A stretch of DNA of 58,225 bases, taken from contig JBPCSS010000021.1 in assembly GCA_051006855.1 (NCBI GenBank), forward strand, positions 1-58,225, in the 5' to 3' direction. The DNA is from Candidatus Nanopelagicus sp. (GTDB lineage Bacteria; Actinomycetota; Actinomycetes; Nanopelagicales; Nanopelagicaceae). The translations under genes were made by a program, and so were the position numbers. The notes below the pieces were generated by a model. That model made no database searches. It was not told the DNA's origin and saw nothing but the letters and a program-made list of their open reading frames with translations. Positions 29,249-39,668 of the stretch are shown one piece after another. Position 1 is the first letter of the stretch. Each line of letters opens with the position of its first letter.

Positions 29249-30595
29249 ATGTTAGAGAAAATTATCAAGGCCTATGACATAAGAGGCTTGGTAAAAGATG
29301 AGATCACTCCTGATTTTTCATTTTCGCTAGGTGTTGCATATGCCAAATTTTTAGAACTCGAGCGAGAGCCAGCAACAATCGTGGTTGGTGAGGATATGCG
29401 ACCTTCATCTTCACCATTAGCAGATGCCTTTTCAGATGGTGCTACAAGTCAAGGCATGGATGTTATTCGAATTGGATTGGCGTCAACTGACATGCTTTAT
29501 TTTGCTTCCGGAAAATTAAATCTGCCGGGCATAATGTTCACCGCCAGTCATAATCCTGCCAAATACAATGGCATGAAACTTTGCAAAAGTGGTGCGCGGC
29601 CAATTGGTCAAGAGTCTGGCTTAGTAAAAATTCGTCAACTGATCGAAGATGGCGTACCAATTTCTAATCGCCCGGTTGGAACAGTGCGAAAGCAGGATTT
29701 ACTCACCGAATATGTAGATTATTTATTGGCAAGATTTCCAGATAAAACTTTTAATAAGCGCAAATTAAAGGTGGTAATTGATGCTGGAAATGGAATGGCT
29801 GGATATACCGCGCCTGCGGTAATGGAAAAATTAAATATTGATCTAGTACCAATGTATTTTGAACTAGATGGAAATTTTCCAAACCATGAGGCCAATCCAA
29901 TTGAACCTGAGAATTTGAAGGCTCTTCAAAAGCGGGTTAAAAAGGAAAAAGCAGATATTGGACTGGCATTTGATGGCGATGCCGATCGCTGCTTCTTAAT
30001 TGATGAAAATGGTAATTTGGTAAATCCATCTGCGTTAACTGCATTAATTGCAGTTCGGGAGCTAAAGGCTAATCCTGGGGCAACCATTATTTACAACTTA
30101 ATCTCCTCCAAAGCAGTTCCAGAAGTTATCGCAGAAAATGGTGGTACCGCACTGCGCAGCCGCGTTGGGCATTCATACATAAAAAGTTTAATGGCGGAAT
30201 CTGGGGCAATTTTTGGCGGTGAGCACTCCGGACATTTTTACTTTGGTGATTTTTGGCGCGCAGATTCAGGAATGTTGGCAGCGTTATATGCATTGGCTGA
30301 GTTAATGGCTACCTCTAAACCTTTATCAAATTTGCTTAAACCTTATAACAGGTACTTTTCAAGTGGCGAGATCAATAGCAAAGTTAAAGATGCTAAGAAA
30401 TCCATAAATCTGATACGTGAAAAGTATCAAGGCAGTTATCAGGTGGATGAGTTAGATGGATTAACAATTACTGCAGATACCTGGTGGTTTAATCTTCGCC
30501 CTTCAAATACAGAGCCATTACTTAGACTAAATGTTGAAGCAAATACCGAAAAACAGATGGCCGAGATTAGGGACACAGTCTTAGCCCTTATTTAG
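29249..30595 (+). CDS. manB: Phosphomannomutase/phosphoglucomutase
   Basis: KAYDIRG, FTASHNP, FDGDADR, GGEHSGH, RPSNTEP. Confidence 0.93.
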   Translation: MLEKIIKAYDIRGLVKDEITPDFSFSLGVAYAKFLELEREPATIVVGEDMRPSSSPLADAFSDGATSQGMDVIRIGLASTDMLYFASGKLNLPGIMFTASHNPAKYNGMKLCKSGARPIGQESGLVKIRQLIEDGVPISNRPVGTVRKQDLLTEYVDYLLARFPDKTFNKRKLKVVIDAGNGMAGYTAPAVMEKLNIDLVPMYFELDGNFPNHEANPIEPENLKALQKRVKKEKADIGLAFDGDADRCFLIDENGNLVNPSALTALIAVRELKANPGATIIYNLISSKAVPEVIAENGGTALRSRVGHSYIKSLMAESGAIFGGEHSGHFYFGDFWRADSGMLAALYALAELMATSKPLSNLLKPYNRYFSSGEINSKVKDAKKSINLIREKYQGSYQVDELDGLTITADTWWFNLRPSNTEPLLRLNVEANTEKQMAEIRDTVLALI

Positions 30596-30686
30596 AGGTG
30601 ATAAATCATTTAGGACAGGGTATCTTTGCCCTCTAGCTCGAATCAGATCAACCACAATTTAGAAGTCGAACTTAATAGGAGAATAA

Positions 30687-31964
30687 ATGAGCACCACAAC
30701 CGCGATTAAAAATGACATAGCAAATCCGGCATTAGCAAGTGAAGGAAAAAAGCGGATTGAATGGGCAGCTCGTAATATGCCAGTACTGGCACAAATTAAG
30801 GATCGTTTTGCAAAGGAAAAGCCGTTTGCTGGAGTTCGAATTGCAGCTTGCATGCATGTGACCACTGAGACAGCAAATTTAATGTTGGCATTAAAAGCTG
30901 GCGGAGCAGATTTAGCACTTTGTGCTTCAAATCCACTTTCAACCCAAGATGACACTGCAGCGGCATTGGTGCATGAGTATGGGATTTCAGTTTTCGCACG
31001 GAATGCAGTTGATCGCGATGGATATTACGGACATTTGAATTCAGCATTAGATATAAAGCCACAACTTGTATTTGATGATGGTTGTGACTTGGTAAATGTT
31101 CTACACACCACTCGCACAGAGTTAATTGATGGTGTAATGGCTGGTTGTGAAGAGACAACAACTGGTGTGATTCGTCTTAGCCAAATGGCTAAAGATGGTG
31201 CGCTTAAGTTCCCGATGATTGCGGTAAATGACACTGATACCAAGCACATGTTTGATAATCGATATGGAACTGGTCAATCCACATTTGATGCCATATTCCG
31301 TGCTACAAATACATTAGTTGCAGGAAAGATCGTGGTGGTTGCTGGTTTTGGTTACTGCGGTAAAGGTGTCGCTGAGCGGGCTAAGGGTATGGGCGCTGAG
31401 GTAGTAGTTACCGAAATTGATCCAACAAAAGCACTAGATGCTTTGATGCAAGGTTTCAGAGTTATGCCAATGACAAAAGCTGCAGCAATTGGTGATGTAT
31501 TTATTACTGTTACAGGTAACCGAGATGTTTTGCGAGATGAGCATTTCAAACAAATGAAGGATGGCGCTATTTTGGCCAACTCTGGACACTTTGATATTGA
31601 AATTGATGTAGCCTGGCTAGAAAAGAATTCAAAGCAGAAGAATTCGAAGATGCGTCATCAAACTGATGAGTATGTAATGGCAGATGGCCGCAGAATTTTG
31701 CTAATTGCAGAGGGACGTCTTGCAAATCTAGGTGCTGCCGAAGGACATCCAGCATCTGTAATGGATATGTCTTTCTCAGATCAAGCGCTAACTGCAGAGT
31801 GGCTATTAAAGTCTGGCAAAGATTTAGCAGCCGGACTTCACAATGTTCCGGTTTCAATTGATAAGGATGTTGCTCGTTTGAAACTTGAGAGCATGGGATC
31901 AGCATTAGATGTTTTGACTCCAGCTCAGGAGCTTTACTTGAACTCCTGGGAACACGGCTCCTAA
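30687..31964 (+). CDS. ahcY: Adenosylhomocysteinase (short form)
   Basis: HVTTETA, SNPLSTQD, EETTTG, KHMFDNRYGTGQS, GFGYCGKG, NLGAAEGHP; AGGAG RBS. Confidence 0.95.
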   Translation: MSTTTAIKNDIANPALASEGKKRIEWAARNMPVLAQIKDRFAKEKPFAGVRIAACMHVTTETANLMLALKAGGADLALCASNPLSTQDDTAAALVHEYGISVFARNAVDRDGYYGHLNSALDIKPQLVFDDGCDLVNVLHTTRTELIDGVMAGCEETTTGVIRLSQMAKDGALKFPMIAVNDTDTKHMFDNRYGTGQSTFDAIFRATNTLVAGKIVVVAGFGYCGKGVAERAKGMGAEVVVTEIDPTKALDALMQGFRVMPMTKAAAIGDVFITVTGNRDVLRDEHFKQMKDGAILANSGHFDIEIDVAWLEKNSKQKNSKMRHQTDEYVMADGRRILLIAEGRLANLGAAEGHPASVMDMSFSDQALTAEWLLKSGKDLAAGLHNVPVSIDKDVARLKLESMGSALDVLTPAQELYLNSWEHGS

Positions 31965-32639
31965 ATGCCATTAGTCATGGTTGTTGATGACGACCAAGAC
32001 TTAGCAGAGATGCTTAGCATCGTTTTAACTGGTGCTGGCATGGAGGTTGATTTAGTAAATCGTGGAGATCAGGTCATGGATCTCTTTAACACTCATACAC
32101 CTGATTTAATTTTATTAGATGTCATGTTGCCTGGAATTGATGGCATAGAGGTTTGTAAATTAATTAGGGAAAAATCTATGGTGCCAATTGTGATGTTAAC
32201 CGCCAAAGGCGATACCCATGATGTGGTTTTGGGACTAGAAGCAGGTGCTGATGATTACATGGTTAAACCCTTTAAACCGCAGGAATTAGTAGCAAGAATC
32301 AATACACGATTAAGAAGAGTTGCAAAGGTCGGAACTCTTGGTATCTGCGATTTAGTTATTGATCAAATGGAACATAAAGTGATTAAGAATGGAAAAGAAG
32401 TAGCGCTAACTCGCTTAGAGTTTGATCTTCTTGCAGCACTTGCAAAAGAACCTGGAAGAGTTTTCACCCGAGAAGCACTGTTAAGTGAGGTGTGGGGATA
32501 CCAACATGCAGCTGATACTCGACTAGTAAATGTGCATGTCCAAAGATTGCGCTCAAAAATAGAGAGTGATGCAGATAATCCTGAATATGTATTAACTGTA
32601 AGAGGTGTTGGCTATAAGGCGGGGGCGGCTAAGGTTTAG
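31965..32639 (+). CDS. mtrA: Response regulator MtrA
   Basis: REC domain plus OmpR winged helix; VWGY..AADTRLVNVHVQRLRSK; ahcY-mtrAB synteny. Confidence 0.93.
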   Translation: MPLVMVVDDDQDLAEMLSIVLTGAGMEVDLVNRGDQVMDLFNTHTPDLILLDVMLPGIDGIEVCKLIREKSMVPIVMLTAKGDTHDVVLGLEAGADDYMVKPFKPQELVARINTRLRRVAKVGTLGICDLVIDQMEHKVIKNGKEVALTRLEFDLLAALAKEPGRVFTREALLSEVWGYQHAADTRLVNVHVQRLRSKIESDADNPEYVLTVRGVGYKAGAAKV

Positions 32640-32641
32640 CC

Positions 32642-34198
32642 ATGTTGCTTAGCAAAATTAAGATTAGACAATCTCTAAGTCTTAAAGTTCTGCTAACTAG
32701 TCTTGCATTTTCAATAATTATTGCGGCAATTATCGGTATTTCTGTTCATAATCGGGTGGCAACCACCATCATTAATGAAAAAATAGCAATATATAAAGTT
32801 GAAACGGCAAATGCCCTTTACCTAGCCCAAGGACACTTTAATATTGCAAGATTTCAAGATGATGCTGGCCTAAACAAGGTGGTGCAGGAGTTCATCACTT
32901 CTAGTCGAGAAGATGGCTCCTTATCTGGTCGGGAGACTGTTATTTTGCCGTTCGCCAAAAGTGGCTATGAGCAAAGTGTTTATCAAACTGTTCCAACATT
33001 ATTAGTTCTAGATTCAATCCCGAAAAGCTTTCGTGAACAAGTAAGAAAAGCCGATGAAGTATTAGATAAGCGAGTAACAATTCGATACTCAGATGGTAAG
33101 GAGTTTCCTGGCTTCCTAATTGGCGGTAAATTAAATATTCCTCGTACTGGTGCTTATGAAATTTACTACCTTTTTAAATTAGATGCGCAGTATCAAAGTA
33201 TTTCAGTAATCACCTGGACTCTATTTGCAGCTGGATTATTGTTGGTTTTATTAATTGGTTTGAGTACCCAATTTGTTATTAGACAGGTTGTTTCACCCGT
33301 TCAACAAGCCGCAGCTGTAGCTGAGAAATTTACCCAAGGTGATCTAACCAGTCGAATGTCGGTATCTAGTGAGGATGAATTGGCAAGCCTAGGTAAATCG
33401 TTTAATGAAATGGCTGTGTCAATTCAGCAGCAAATTGCGCGCCTTGAAAATCTATCTATGTTGCAACAGCGATTTGTTTCCGATGTTTCCCATGAACTAA
33501 GAACTCCATTAACCACTTTGCGGATGGCAGCTGAAGTTATTTATGAGCAAAAAGGAAATTTTGATACAAATATTGCCCGAAGCAGTGAACTATTAATAAA
33601 TCAAATTGATCGATTTGAACTACTGCTATCTGATTTGCTTGAGGTAAGTAGATTTGATGCTGAGGCAGCTGCGCTGGGAGTGGTCAACTTTGATATTTGT
33701 AATTTAGTAAAGAAAACTGTTGATTATTTACACCCTAGTAAATCAACACTATTTGAAGTTTTAATACCTGCAGAACCTATTGAAATTGAGGCAGATCCAA
33801 GAAGAATTGAACGAATACTTCGGAATTTGATTTCAAATGCAGTAGATCACGGTGAAGGCAAGAAGGTTCAAGTTAAGATTAAAACGAGTGAAAATGAAGT
33901 TGCAATTGGTGTTAGAGATTATGGATTAGGTTTTAATGAAGAGGATGCCCCATATCTATTTGATCGCTTCTGGAGGGCAGACCCATCAAGAGCTAGGACA
34001 AGTGGTGGAACCGGGCTTGGACTTTCTATCGCATTAGAGGATGCAAAACTTCATCAGGGGCAATTACTAGCTTGGGGTAAACCACATCAAGGTGCTCACT
34101 TTGTGTTAACTCTGCCAAAGCTTCATGGTCACTCAGTGCAATCATTTCCGATTGCTCTTGAACCAGATGACCTAATCTCAACAGGAAATAAAATCTAA
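32642..34198 (+). CDS. mtrB: Sensor histidine kinase MtrB
   Basis: Two TM segments, HAMP, FVSDVSHELRTPLT, RFWRADPSRARTSGGTGLGL. Confidence 0.93.
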   Translation: MLLSKIKIRQSLSLKVLLTSLAFSIIIAAIIGISVHNRVATTIINEKIAIYKVETANALYLAQGHFNIARFQDDAGLNKVVQEFITSSREDGSLSGRETVILPFAKSGYEQSVYQTVPTLLVLDSIPKSFREQVRKADEVLDKRVTIRYSDGKEFPGFLIGGKLNIPRTGAYEIYYLFKLDAQYQSISVITWTLFAAGLLLVLLIGLSTQFVIRQVVSPVQQAAAVAEKFTQGDLTSRMSVSSEDELASLGKSFNEMAVSIQQQIARLENLSMLQQRFVSDVSHELRTPLTTLRMAAEVIYEQKGNFDTNIARSSELLINQIDRFELLLSDLLEVSRFDAEAAALGVVNFDICNLVKKTVDYLHPSKSTLFEVLIPAEPIEIEADPRRIERILRNLISNAVDHGEGKKVQVKIKTSENEVAIGVRDYGLGFNEEDAPYLFDRFWRADPSRARTSGGTGLGLSIALEDAKLHQGQLLAWGKPHQGAHFVLTLPKLHGHSVQSFPIALEPDDLISTGNKI

Positions 34199-34232
34199 AA
34201 AAATTTACTTTTCGTTCTGATATAAAGATTAG

Positions 34233-34904
34233 GTGTTTAATTCCCTAAAATCTTTGAAAGATTTGGTTTTCACCAAAGTTTGCATTAGCTGCGCATCCCC
34301 TGGATTTTGGCTCTGCCTGGCATGCCAATCAGATTGGAATACCAGTGTAAAGAAAAGTACTTTTGATGGTAAGCCCATTTATTTCAAGAGTGATTACACC
34401 AGCAAGACCGCTTCAGTAATCTTGGCAGCTAAAGAAGGTAATAACTCAAACGCCATTGCACTCCTAGCTTCGGCTATATCTTATTCAATCGCTTTCTCAA
34501 TTTCAGATCTGAACTTAAGTGGGGTAGTCACTCTCGTAACAATTCCCTCAGCAACTTCTGCAATTAGGCGACGGGGCCGAGATCACATAAATACTCTTGC
34601 TAAGTACGTTCAAAAAGATTTACAACAAAAATCTATCGATGCATATTACGCACCCATACTTTTCCAAAAAAAGAGTATTAAAGATCAGTCTCAATTGAGT
34701 AGCCAACAAAGAATGGAAAATACAAAAGGAAAGTTTGCAGTTAAATCCTGTGAAATTCCTCAGGGAGCTGTTTATTTGATTGATGATCTAATAACTACCG
34801 GCGCATCAATGCTGGAGGGGGTTAGAGCCCTATCTGAAGCCAAAATCACCATTACTGCAGGTGTTACTGCGTGTGCGGTGGGGCGCAATTCTCTAATACC
34901 ATAA
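34233..34904 (+). CDS. ComF family phosphoribosyltransferase-like protein
   Basis: N-terminal CxxC...CxxC; RRRGRDH; DDLITTGAS PRT motif; position before secA. Confidence 0.85.
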   Translation: MFNSLKSLKDLVFTKVCISCASPGFWLCLACQSDWNTSVKKSTFDGKPIYFKSDYTSKTASVILAAKEGNNSNAIALLASAISYSIAFSISDLNLSGVVTLVTIPSATSAIRRRGRDHINTLAKYVQKDLQQKSIDAYYAPILFQKKSIKDQSQLSSQQRMENTKGKFAVKSCEIPQGAVYLIDDLITTGASMLEGVRALSEAKITITAGVTACAVGRNSLIP

Positions 34905-34955
34905 GCCACTAAGCATTTTTCAGATAATTTTTTTAGAGGCCAGCGGAGGATCTTT

Positions 34956-37616
34956 GTGGGTTTATTAGACAAGGTGTTGCGCGCTGGTGAAGGAAAAGCT
35001 GTAAAGCAATTAGTAAAGATTTCCCAAGAGATTAATAAATTTGAAAATGAAATAACATCACTTGACGATAATGCGCTACGAAATAAAACAACTGTATTTA
35101 AAGAGCGATATACAAAAGGTGAGTCTTTAGATTCAATTCTGCCTGAAGCCTTCGCTGTTGTTCGAGAAGCTGCTAAACGAACTTTAGGACAACGACATTA
35201 CGATGTTCAGTTAATGGGTGGAGCTGCGCTACACCGTGGAAATATCGCAGAAATGAAAACTGGTGAAGGTAAAACTTTAGTTTCAACACTTCCTGCTTAT
35301 TTAAACGCAATTACTGGCAAGGGTGTTCACATAGTTACAGTAAATGATTATTTGGCTGAACGTGATAGTGAGTGGATGGGTCGAGTACACAGATTCCTAG
35401 GATTAAAAGTTGGTGTAATTCTTGCCAGTATGACCCCGGCTGAACGCCGTGAAGCATATGCAGCAGATATTACTTATGGAACAAATAATGAATTCGGCTT
35501 TGATTACCTGCGCGACAATATGGCTTGGGGTTTGGCAGATTGCGTGCAGCGGGGTCATAACTTTGCAATTGTTGACGAAGTTGACTCAATTTTGATTGAC
35601 GAAGCAAGAACTCCACTGATTATTTCTGGACCAGCAGATAAGGCAACAAAGTGGTATTTAGAGTTTGCTAATTTAGTTGGAAAATTAACTCTAGGTCAGC
35701 ATTATGAAGTAGATGTAAAAAAGCGAACAGTAGGAATTTTAGAAGAGGGCGTATCTAGGGTAGAAGAATCCCTTGGCATCGAAAATCTATATGAAGCTGC
35801 AAATACGCCAATGATTGGTTACTTAAACAACGCTATTCGAGCTAAAGAATTATTTAAGCGAGATAAAGATTATGTAGTGATGGATGGCGAACTATTAATT
35901 GTTGATGAGCACACTGGCCGTATGCTGGCTGGCCGTCGGTATAGCGATGGTTTACACCAAGCATTAGAGGCAAAAGAGCGAATTGATATCAAGGATGAGA
36001 ATCAAACGCTGGCCACAATCACCCTTCAAAATTACTTCAGACTTTATGAGAAGTTAAGTGGAATGACTGGAACTGCCATGACAGAGGCATCAGAATTTAT
36101 GCAGATTTACAAATTAGGCGTTATTCCAATCCCAACAAATAAGAAAATGCAAAGAATTGATCAATCAGATCTAATCTATAAATCTGAAGGTGGCAAATTT
36201 ATTGCAGTTGCCAACGATATTGTTGAGCGACATAAAAAAGGCCAGCCAGTTCTAGTCGGTACCGTAAGTGTTGAAAAATCTGAGGAGCTTTCTTCAATAT
36301 TGAAAAAACGCGGCGTGGCGCATGAAGTTTTAAATGCCAAGCAGCATGAACGTGAAGCAGCAATCATTGCCCGTGCCGGAACTATTGGCGCTGTAACTGT
36401 TGCTACAAATATGGCAGGTCGAGGAACTGACATTATGCTGGGCGGAAACCCAGAGTTTATGGCTGATTTTGAATTACAACGCAAAGGCTTAAATCCAGCA
36501 GAGTCACCAGAAGAGTATGAAAAAGCTTGGCCTGATGAAATTGCAAAGCAAAAAGCTGCAGTCGAAAAAGAACATGAAACTGTAGTTTCACTTGGTGGCT
36601 TATATGTGCTTGGAACAGAGCGCCATGAATCTAGACGTATTGATAATCAGCTTCGTGGCCGATCTGGTCGACAAGGTGATCCAGGTGAATCAAGATTTTA
36701 TTTATCTTTGCAGGATGACCTAATGCGCAGATTTAATTCTGGCTTAGTTGAAAGATTTTTGGGCGCAGCTGGTATGCCAGAAGAGACTCCTTTGGAATCG
36801 AAGATTGTTAGTAATGCAATTAAGTCTGCTCAGACTCAAGTTGAATCCTTAAACTTTGAAATGCGTAAAAATGTATTGAAGTATGACGATGTTATGAATA
36901 AGCAGCGCGAGGTTGTCTACTCTGAACGACGTGAGGTTTTAGAGGGTGTAGATATAAAGGAATTAGTGGAGGTCTCACTTGAGGAAACCATCACAGCTTA
37001 TGTGGATTCGGCAACAGCAACAGGAGTGGCAGAAGATTGGGATCTAAAGACTTTATGGAATGCATTAAAAGTCCTTTATCCAATCTCATTTACAGATGAA
37101 CAGATGCTTGCTGAAATTGGCGGTGCAACTGCACTTGATAGTGAGTATCTACTTGAGAAGATATTGCAGGATTCACGAGCTGCCTATGACAAACGAGAAT
37201 CAGAGTTAACTCCAACTGTAATGCGCGAGCTAGAAAGAAAGATTTTACTTTCAGTCTTAGATCGCAAATGGCGAGAGCATCTTTATGAAATGGATTACTT
37301 GCAAGAGGGAATTGGTTTACGCGCCATGGCACAACGTGATCCTTTGGTTGAGTACCAACGTGAGGGATTTGATTTATTCACAGCGATGATGGATGCTGTA
37401 AAAGAAGAGTTAGTAAGTTTTGTATTCCATGTTGAGGTACAAGTAGAGGGTGATCAAGTTGGGGCTAAAGGCTTAACACCTGCACCAGCCCCAGTAACTG
37501 AACTTAAATACTCAGCGGCAGATATCGAGCCAAGTGCAGCTGGCGGTACATCTAAAAATGCTCCATGTCCATGCGGATCAGGTAAAAAATATAAGAGATG
37601 TCACGGACAGTCTTAA
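34956..37616 (+). CDS. secA: Preprotein translocase ATPase SecA
   Basis: [51 protein letters not shown]-terminal [14 protein letters not shown]. Confidence 0.98.
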   Translation: MGLLDKVLRAGEGKAVKQLVKISQEINKFENEITSLDDNALRNKTTVFKERYTKGESLDSILPEAFAVVREAAKRTLGQRHYDVQLMGGAALHRGNIAEMKTGEGKTLVSTLPAYLNAITGKGVHIVTVNDYLAERDSEWMGRVHRFLGLKVGVILASMTPAERREAYAADITYGTNNEFGFDYLRDNMAWGLADCVQRGHNFAIVDEVDSILIDEARTPLIISGPADKATKWYLEFANLVGKLTLGQHYEVDVKKRTVGILEEGVSRVEESLGIENLYEAANTPMIGYLNNAIRAKELFKRDKDYVVMDGELLIVDEHTGRMLAGRRYSDGLHQALEAKERIDIKDENQTLATITLQNYFRLYEKLSGMTGTAMTEASEFMQIYKLGVIPIPTNKKMQRIDQSDLIYKSEGGKFIAVANDIVERHKKGQPVLVGTVSVEKSEELSSILKKRGVAHEVLNAKQHEREAAIIARAGTIGAVTVATNMAGRGTDIMLGGNPEFMADFELQRKGLNPAESPEEYEKAWPDEIAKQKAAVEKEHETVVSLGGLYVLGTERHESRRIDNQLRGRSGRQGDPGESRFYLSLQDDLMRRFNSGLVERFLGAAGMPEETPLESKIVSNAIKSAQTQVESLNFEMRKNVLKYDDVMNKQREVVYSERREVLEGVDIKELVEVSLEETITAYVDSATATGVAEDWDLKTLWNALKVLYPISFTDEQMLAEIGGATALDSEYLLEKILQDSRAAYDKRESELTPTVMRELERKILLSVLDRKWREHLYEMDYLQEGIGLRAMAQRDPLVEYQREGFDLFTAMMDAVKEELVSFVFHVEVQVEGDQVGAKGLTPAPAPVTELKYSAADIEPSAAGGTSKNAPCPCGSGKKYKRCHGQS

Positions 37617-38053
37617 AGCAAAGTTAATTCAGTACAAATCCATCTCTTATCAACCCCTTCAAATCTTAATATTAAAGATCTAACTCGATCGATAACCCGT
37701 AGGGTTACTGTTACCTCAACAACTCCTTCAATCGGCTGGTGAAAATAAAATTTTCTAATCTGGCATTTTTGCGTCAACGAACTCATCTGTTCATTAATTT
37801 TTTTCAATACCGATCTATGGCAATTTCTTGATAACTGGGATAAGGCTCTTCGGCCAGACCAAACCTCCAAAACTTTAATTACAAAAGATTCACTCCATTG
37901 ATGAAGCTCAGGTAAATCAACTAAGGCTGAGGGCACTGGTGAAAACTTGGGGTGAAACCACTCTGATCCAAACTCTTTATCAACAGATGGAACGAGGTAG
38001 AGCTTGGTTTGATTGCTTACTTTCTCACTTTTTATTGGCTGGATAATTGTCAT
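37613..38053 (-). CDS. Rv3235 family protein
   Basis: [13 protein letters not shown]...EGVVEV...[11 protein letters not shown]...WICTEL; convergent on secA. Confidence 0.85.
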   Translation of the reverse strand: MTIIQPIKSEKVSNQTKLYLVPSVDKEFGSEWFHPKFSPVPSALVDLPELHQWSESFVIKVLEVWSGRRALSQLSRNCHRSVLKKINEQMSSLTQKCQIRKFYFHQPIEGVVEVTVTLRVIDRVRSLILRFEGVDKRWICTELTLL

Positions 38054-38137
38054 GAGCTCATACTCAGTAATGCTAAAGACATATTCATCATCCGTTCGGA
38101 TGATCTTTTCCTAAGCCGGGCAGAGTAAAAACTTGAT

Positions 38138-38731
38138 ATGAATATTTCAAAATTAGATATCTTAAAAAACTCCAGACTAGCGATGGGGTTAGCTTTATTT
38201 ATAATCGCCTTAACTGCTGCCAGTTTGATATCAAAAGAGGCAAATCGAACAGTATTGGTTTGGGCCAGCACTGGCGAGCTAGCCCCAGGCCAAATAATTG
38301 AGCAATCAGATTTAACTGCAGCCTCTGTTTTATTAGCACAATCGTCGAAAAATTATCTTTCAACCTCTGCCCAAATTGTTGGCACCACAGTTTTAACTAA
38401 AATTTCTGCAGGTGACTTAATTCCAGTTGCAGCAGTTGCAAATGAAGTAGCTGCCAACAATCAACGATTATTTCCACTCACTATTGAGATTTCAGATCTT
38501 CCGATCGGGTTATCTAGGGGAGATGTCATTGACATCTATGCGATTGCTAAGACAAATGCTAAAGAAACAATCGCTCCAACCTTACTTGTTAGCGCAGTTA
38601 GCGTTGAGCAGGTTTTAGAACGCAGCAATTCAGGTGTTGTTAGCGTTTTAGTAATCTTAGAAAGCGATCAGGTGATTTCCACATTAAATTACCTCACTGA
38701 TAGCAGAATAATAATTGTTAGAAATAGGTGA
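38138..38731 (+). CDS. SAF-domain protein (CpaB/RcpC-like)
   Basis: N-terminal TM; SAF-like VWASTGELAPGQII...ISAGDLIP; RcpC-like LSRGDVIDIY. Confidence 0.75.
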   Translation: MNISKLDILKNSRLAMGLALFIIALTAASLISKEANRTVLVWASTGELAPGQIIEQSDLTAASVLLAQSSKNYLSTSAQIVGTTVLTKISAGDLIPVAAVANEVAANNQRLFPLTIEISDLPIGLSRGDVIDIYAIAKTNAKETIAPTLLVSAVSVEQVLERSNSGVVSVLVILESDQVISTLNYLTDSRIIIVRNR

Positions 38732-39650
38732 ACCTAGGCTGAATCTGATCACAGCAATTAGTAACAGTGATCAGGAAGAAAAAATTGCCGCCTTGTTGCA
38801 CTCACAAGGATGCAACATTATTTATCGAGCTCTCAACATGGACTCACTTACTACATTCTTAGCTAGCAATAATTCAAAGGTAAATGTCATCTATACGCAA
38901 GATTTCATCTCTTTGGCCAGATTAAAAGAGTTATCAGCATCCTATGCAGGGCTTAAATTGATTCAAATAACACAGGATTTAAACAGTCAGGAACTTCTAA
39001 AACAATTAGCCCAAACTACCCGGCCGCCTTTGCTTCACCAGTTAAGTAGAGCAAATAATTTGGTCGCCGTACTTGGAACACCTGGCTCACCTGGCATATC
39101 AACAATTACAAATCACCTAGCCATTATCAAATCTGCTCAGGTAATTGCTGCCCAACATCATAACTTGCGTCCGCAAAGTAGCGCTAAAGTTGAAACAATT
39201 TCAGCCTTAGAGTTAGATAAAAAACTTGCAACACTTGCCAGCGGTTTGGCAATTATTGATGCAGGTACATCACTTGCATTGACCAAAACTATCTCGGATC
39301 GAAGAATGAATGCTCTTTGGCTGAGTCATTCACTGGCATGTGCAGCAAATCTAATTTATGTGCTTAACGCTAACGATAATGGAATCTCTTATTTGACTGA
39401 ATTTGTCTCAGATTTTAAAAATATTCTTAACCCACCGCCGATTTTCTTTGTCTTAAATCAGCAAAGGTTTGATCGCAGGGGTCAAAAAATTCAAAGTAAG
39501 TTTCTTGAAGTTGTGGGAAATTATCCCTCCTTTCAAATACCGCAAGACCTGCAAGCTGTTCGCTTTCAGGCAGATGGGCCAAATCATTTCTGGCGTAGCA
39601 CTACCTTTAATAAGCAGATACAAAAAATTGGTAACCAGCTGACCTATTAG
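38715..39650 (+). CDS. Degenerate CpaE/TadZ-like (MinD-type) P-loop protein
   Basis: VAVLGTPGSPGISTI (deviant Walker A without Lys), IIDAG (Walker B-like), VLNQ; coupled to the SAF gene. Start codon uncertain. Confidence 0.6.
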   Translation: MLEIGEPRLNLITAISNSDQEEKIAALLHSQGCNIIYRALNMDSLTTFLASNNSKVNVIYTQDFISLARLKELSASYAGLKLIQITQDLNSQELLKQLAQTTRPPLLHQLSRANNLVAVLGTPGSPGISTITNHLAIIKSAQVIAAQHHNLRPQSSAKVETISALELDKKLATLASGLAIIDAGTSLALTKTISDRRMNALWLSHSLACAANLIYVLNANDNGISYLTEFVSDFKNILNPPPIFFVLNQQRFDRRGQKIQSKFLEVVGNYPSFQIPQDLQAVRFQADGPNHFWRSTTFNKQIQKIGNQLTY

Positions 39651-39668
39651 GGGCTCTACCATTAAGCC

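Noticed and set aside
30596-30686. SAH riboswitch upstream of ahcY
   Set aside because: Only a small hairpin (AGGGTA-tctt-TGCCCT) is visible; the GAGGAGCG...AGGCUC core of SAH riboswitches is absent.
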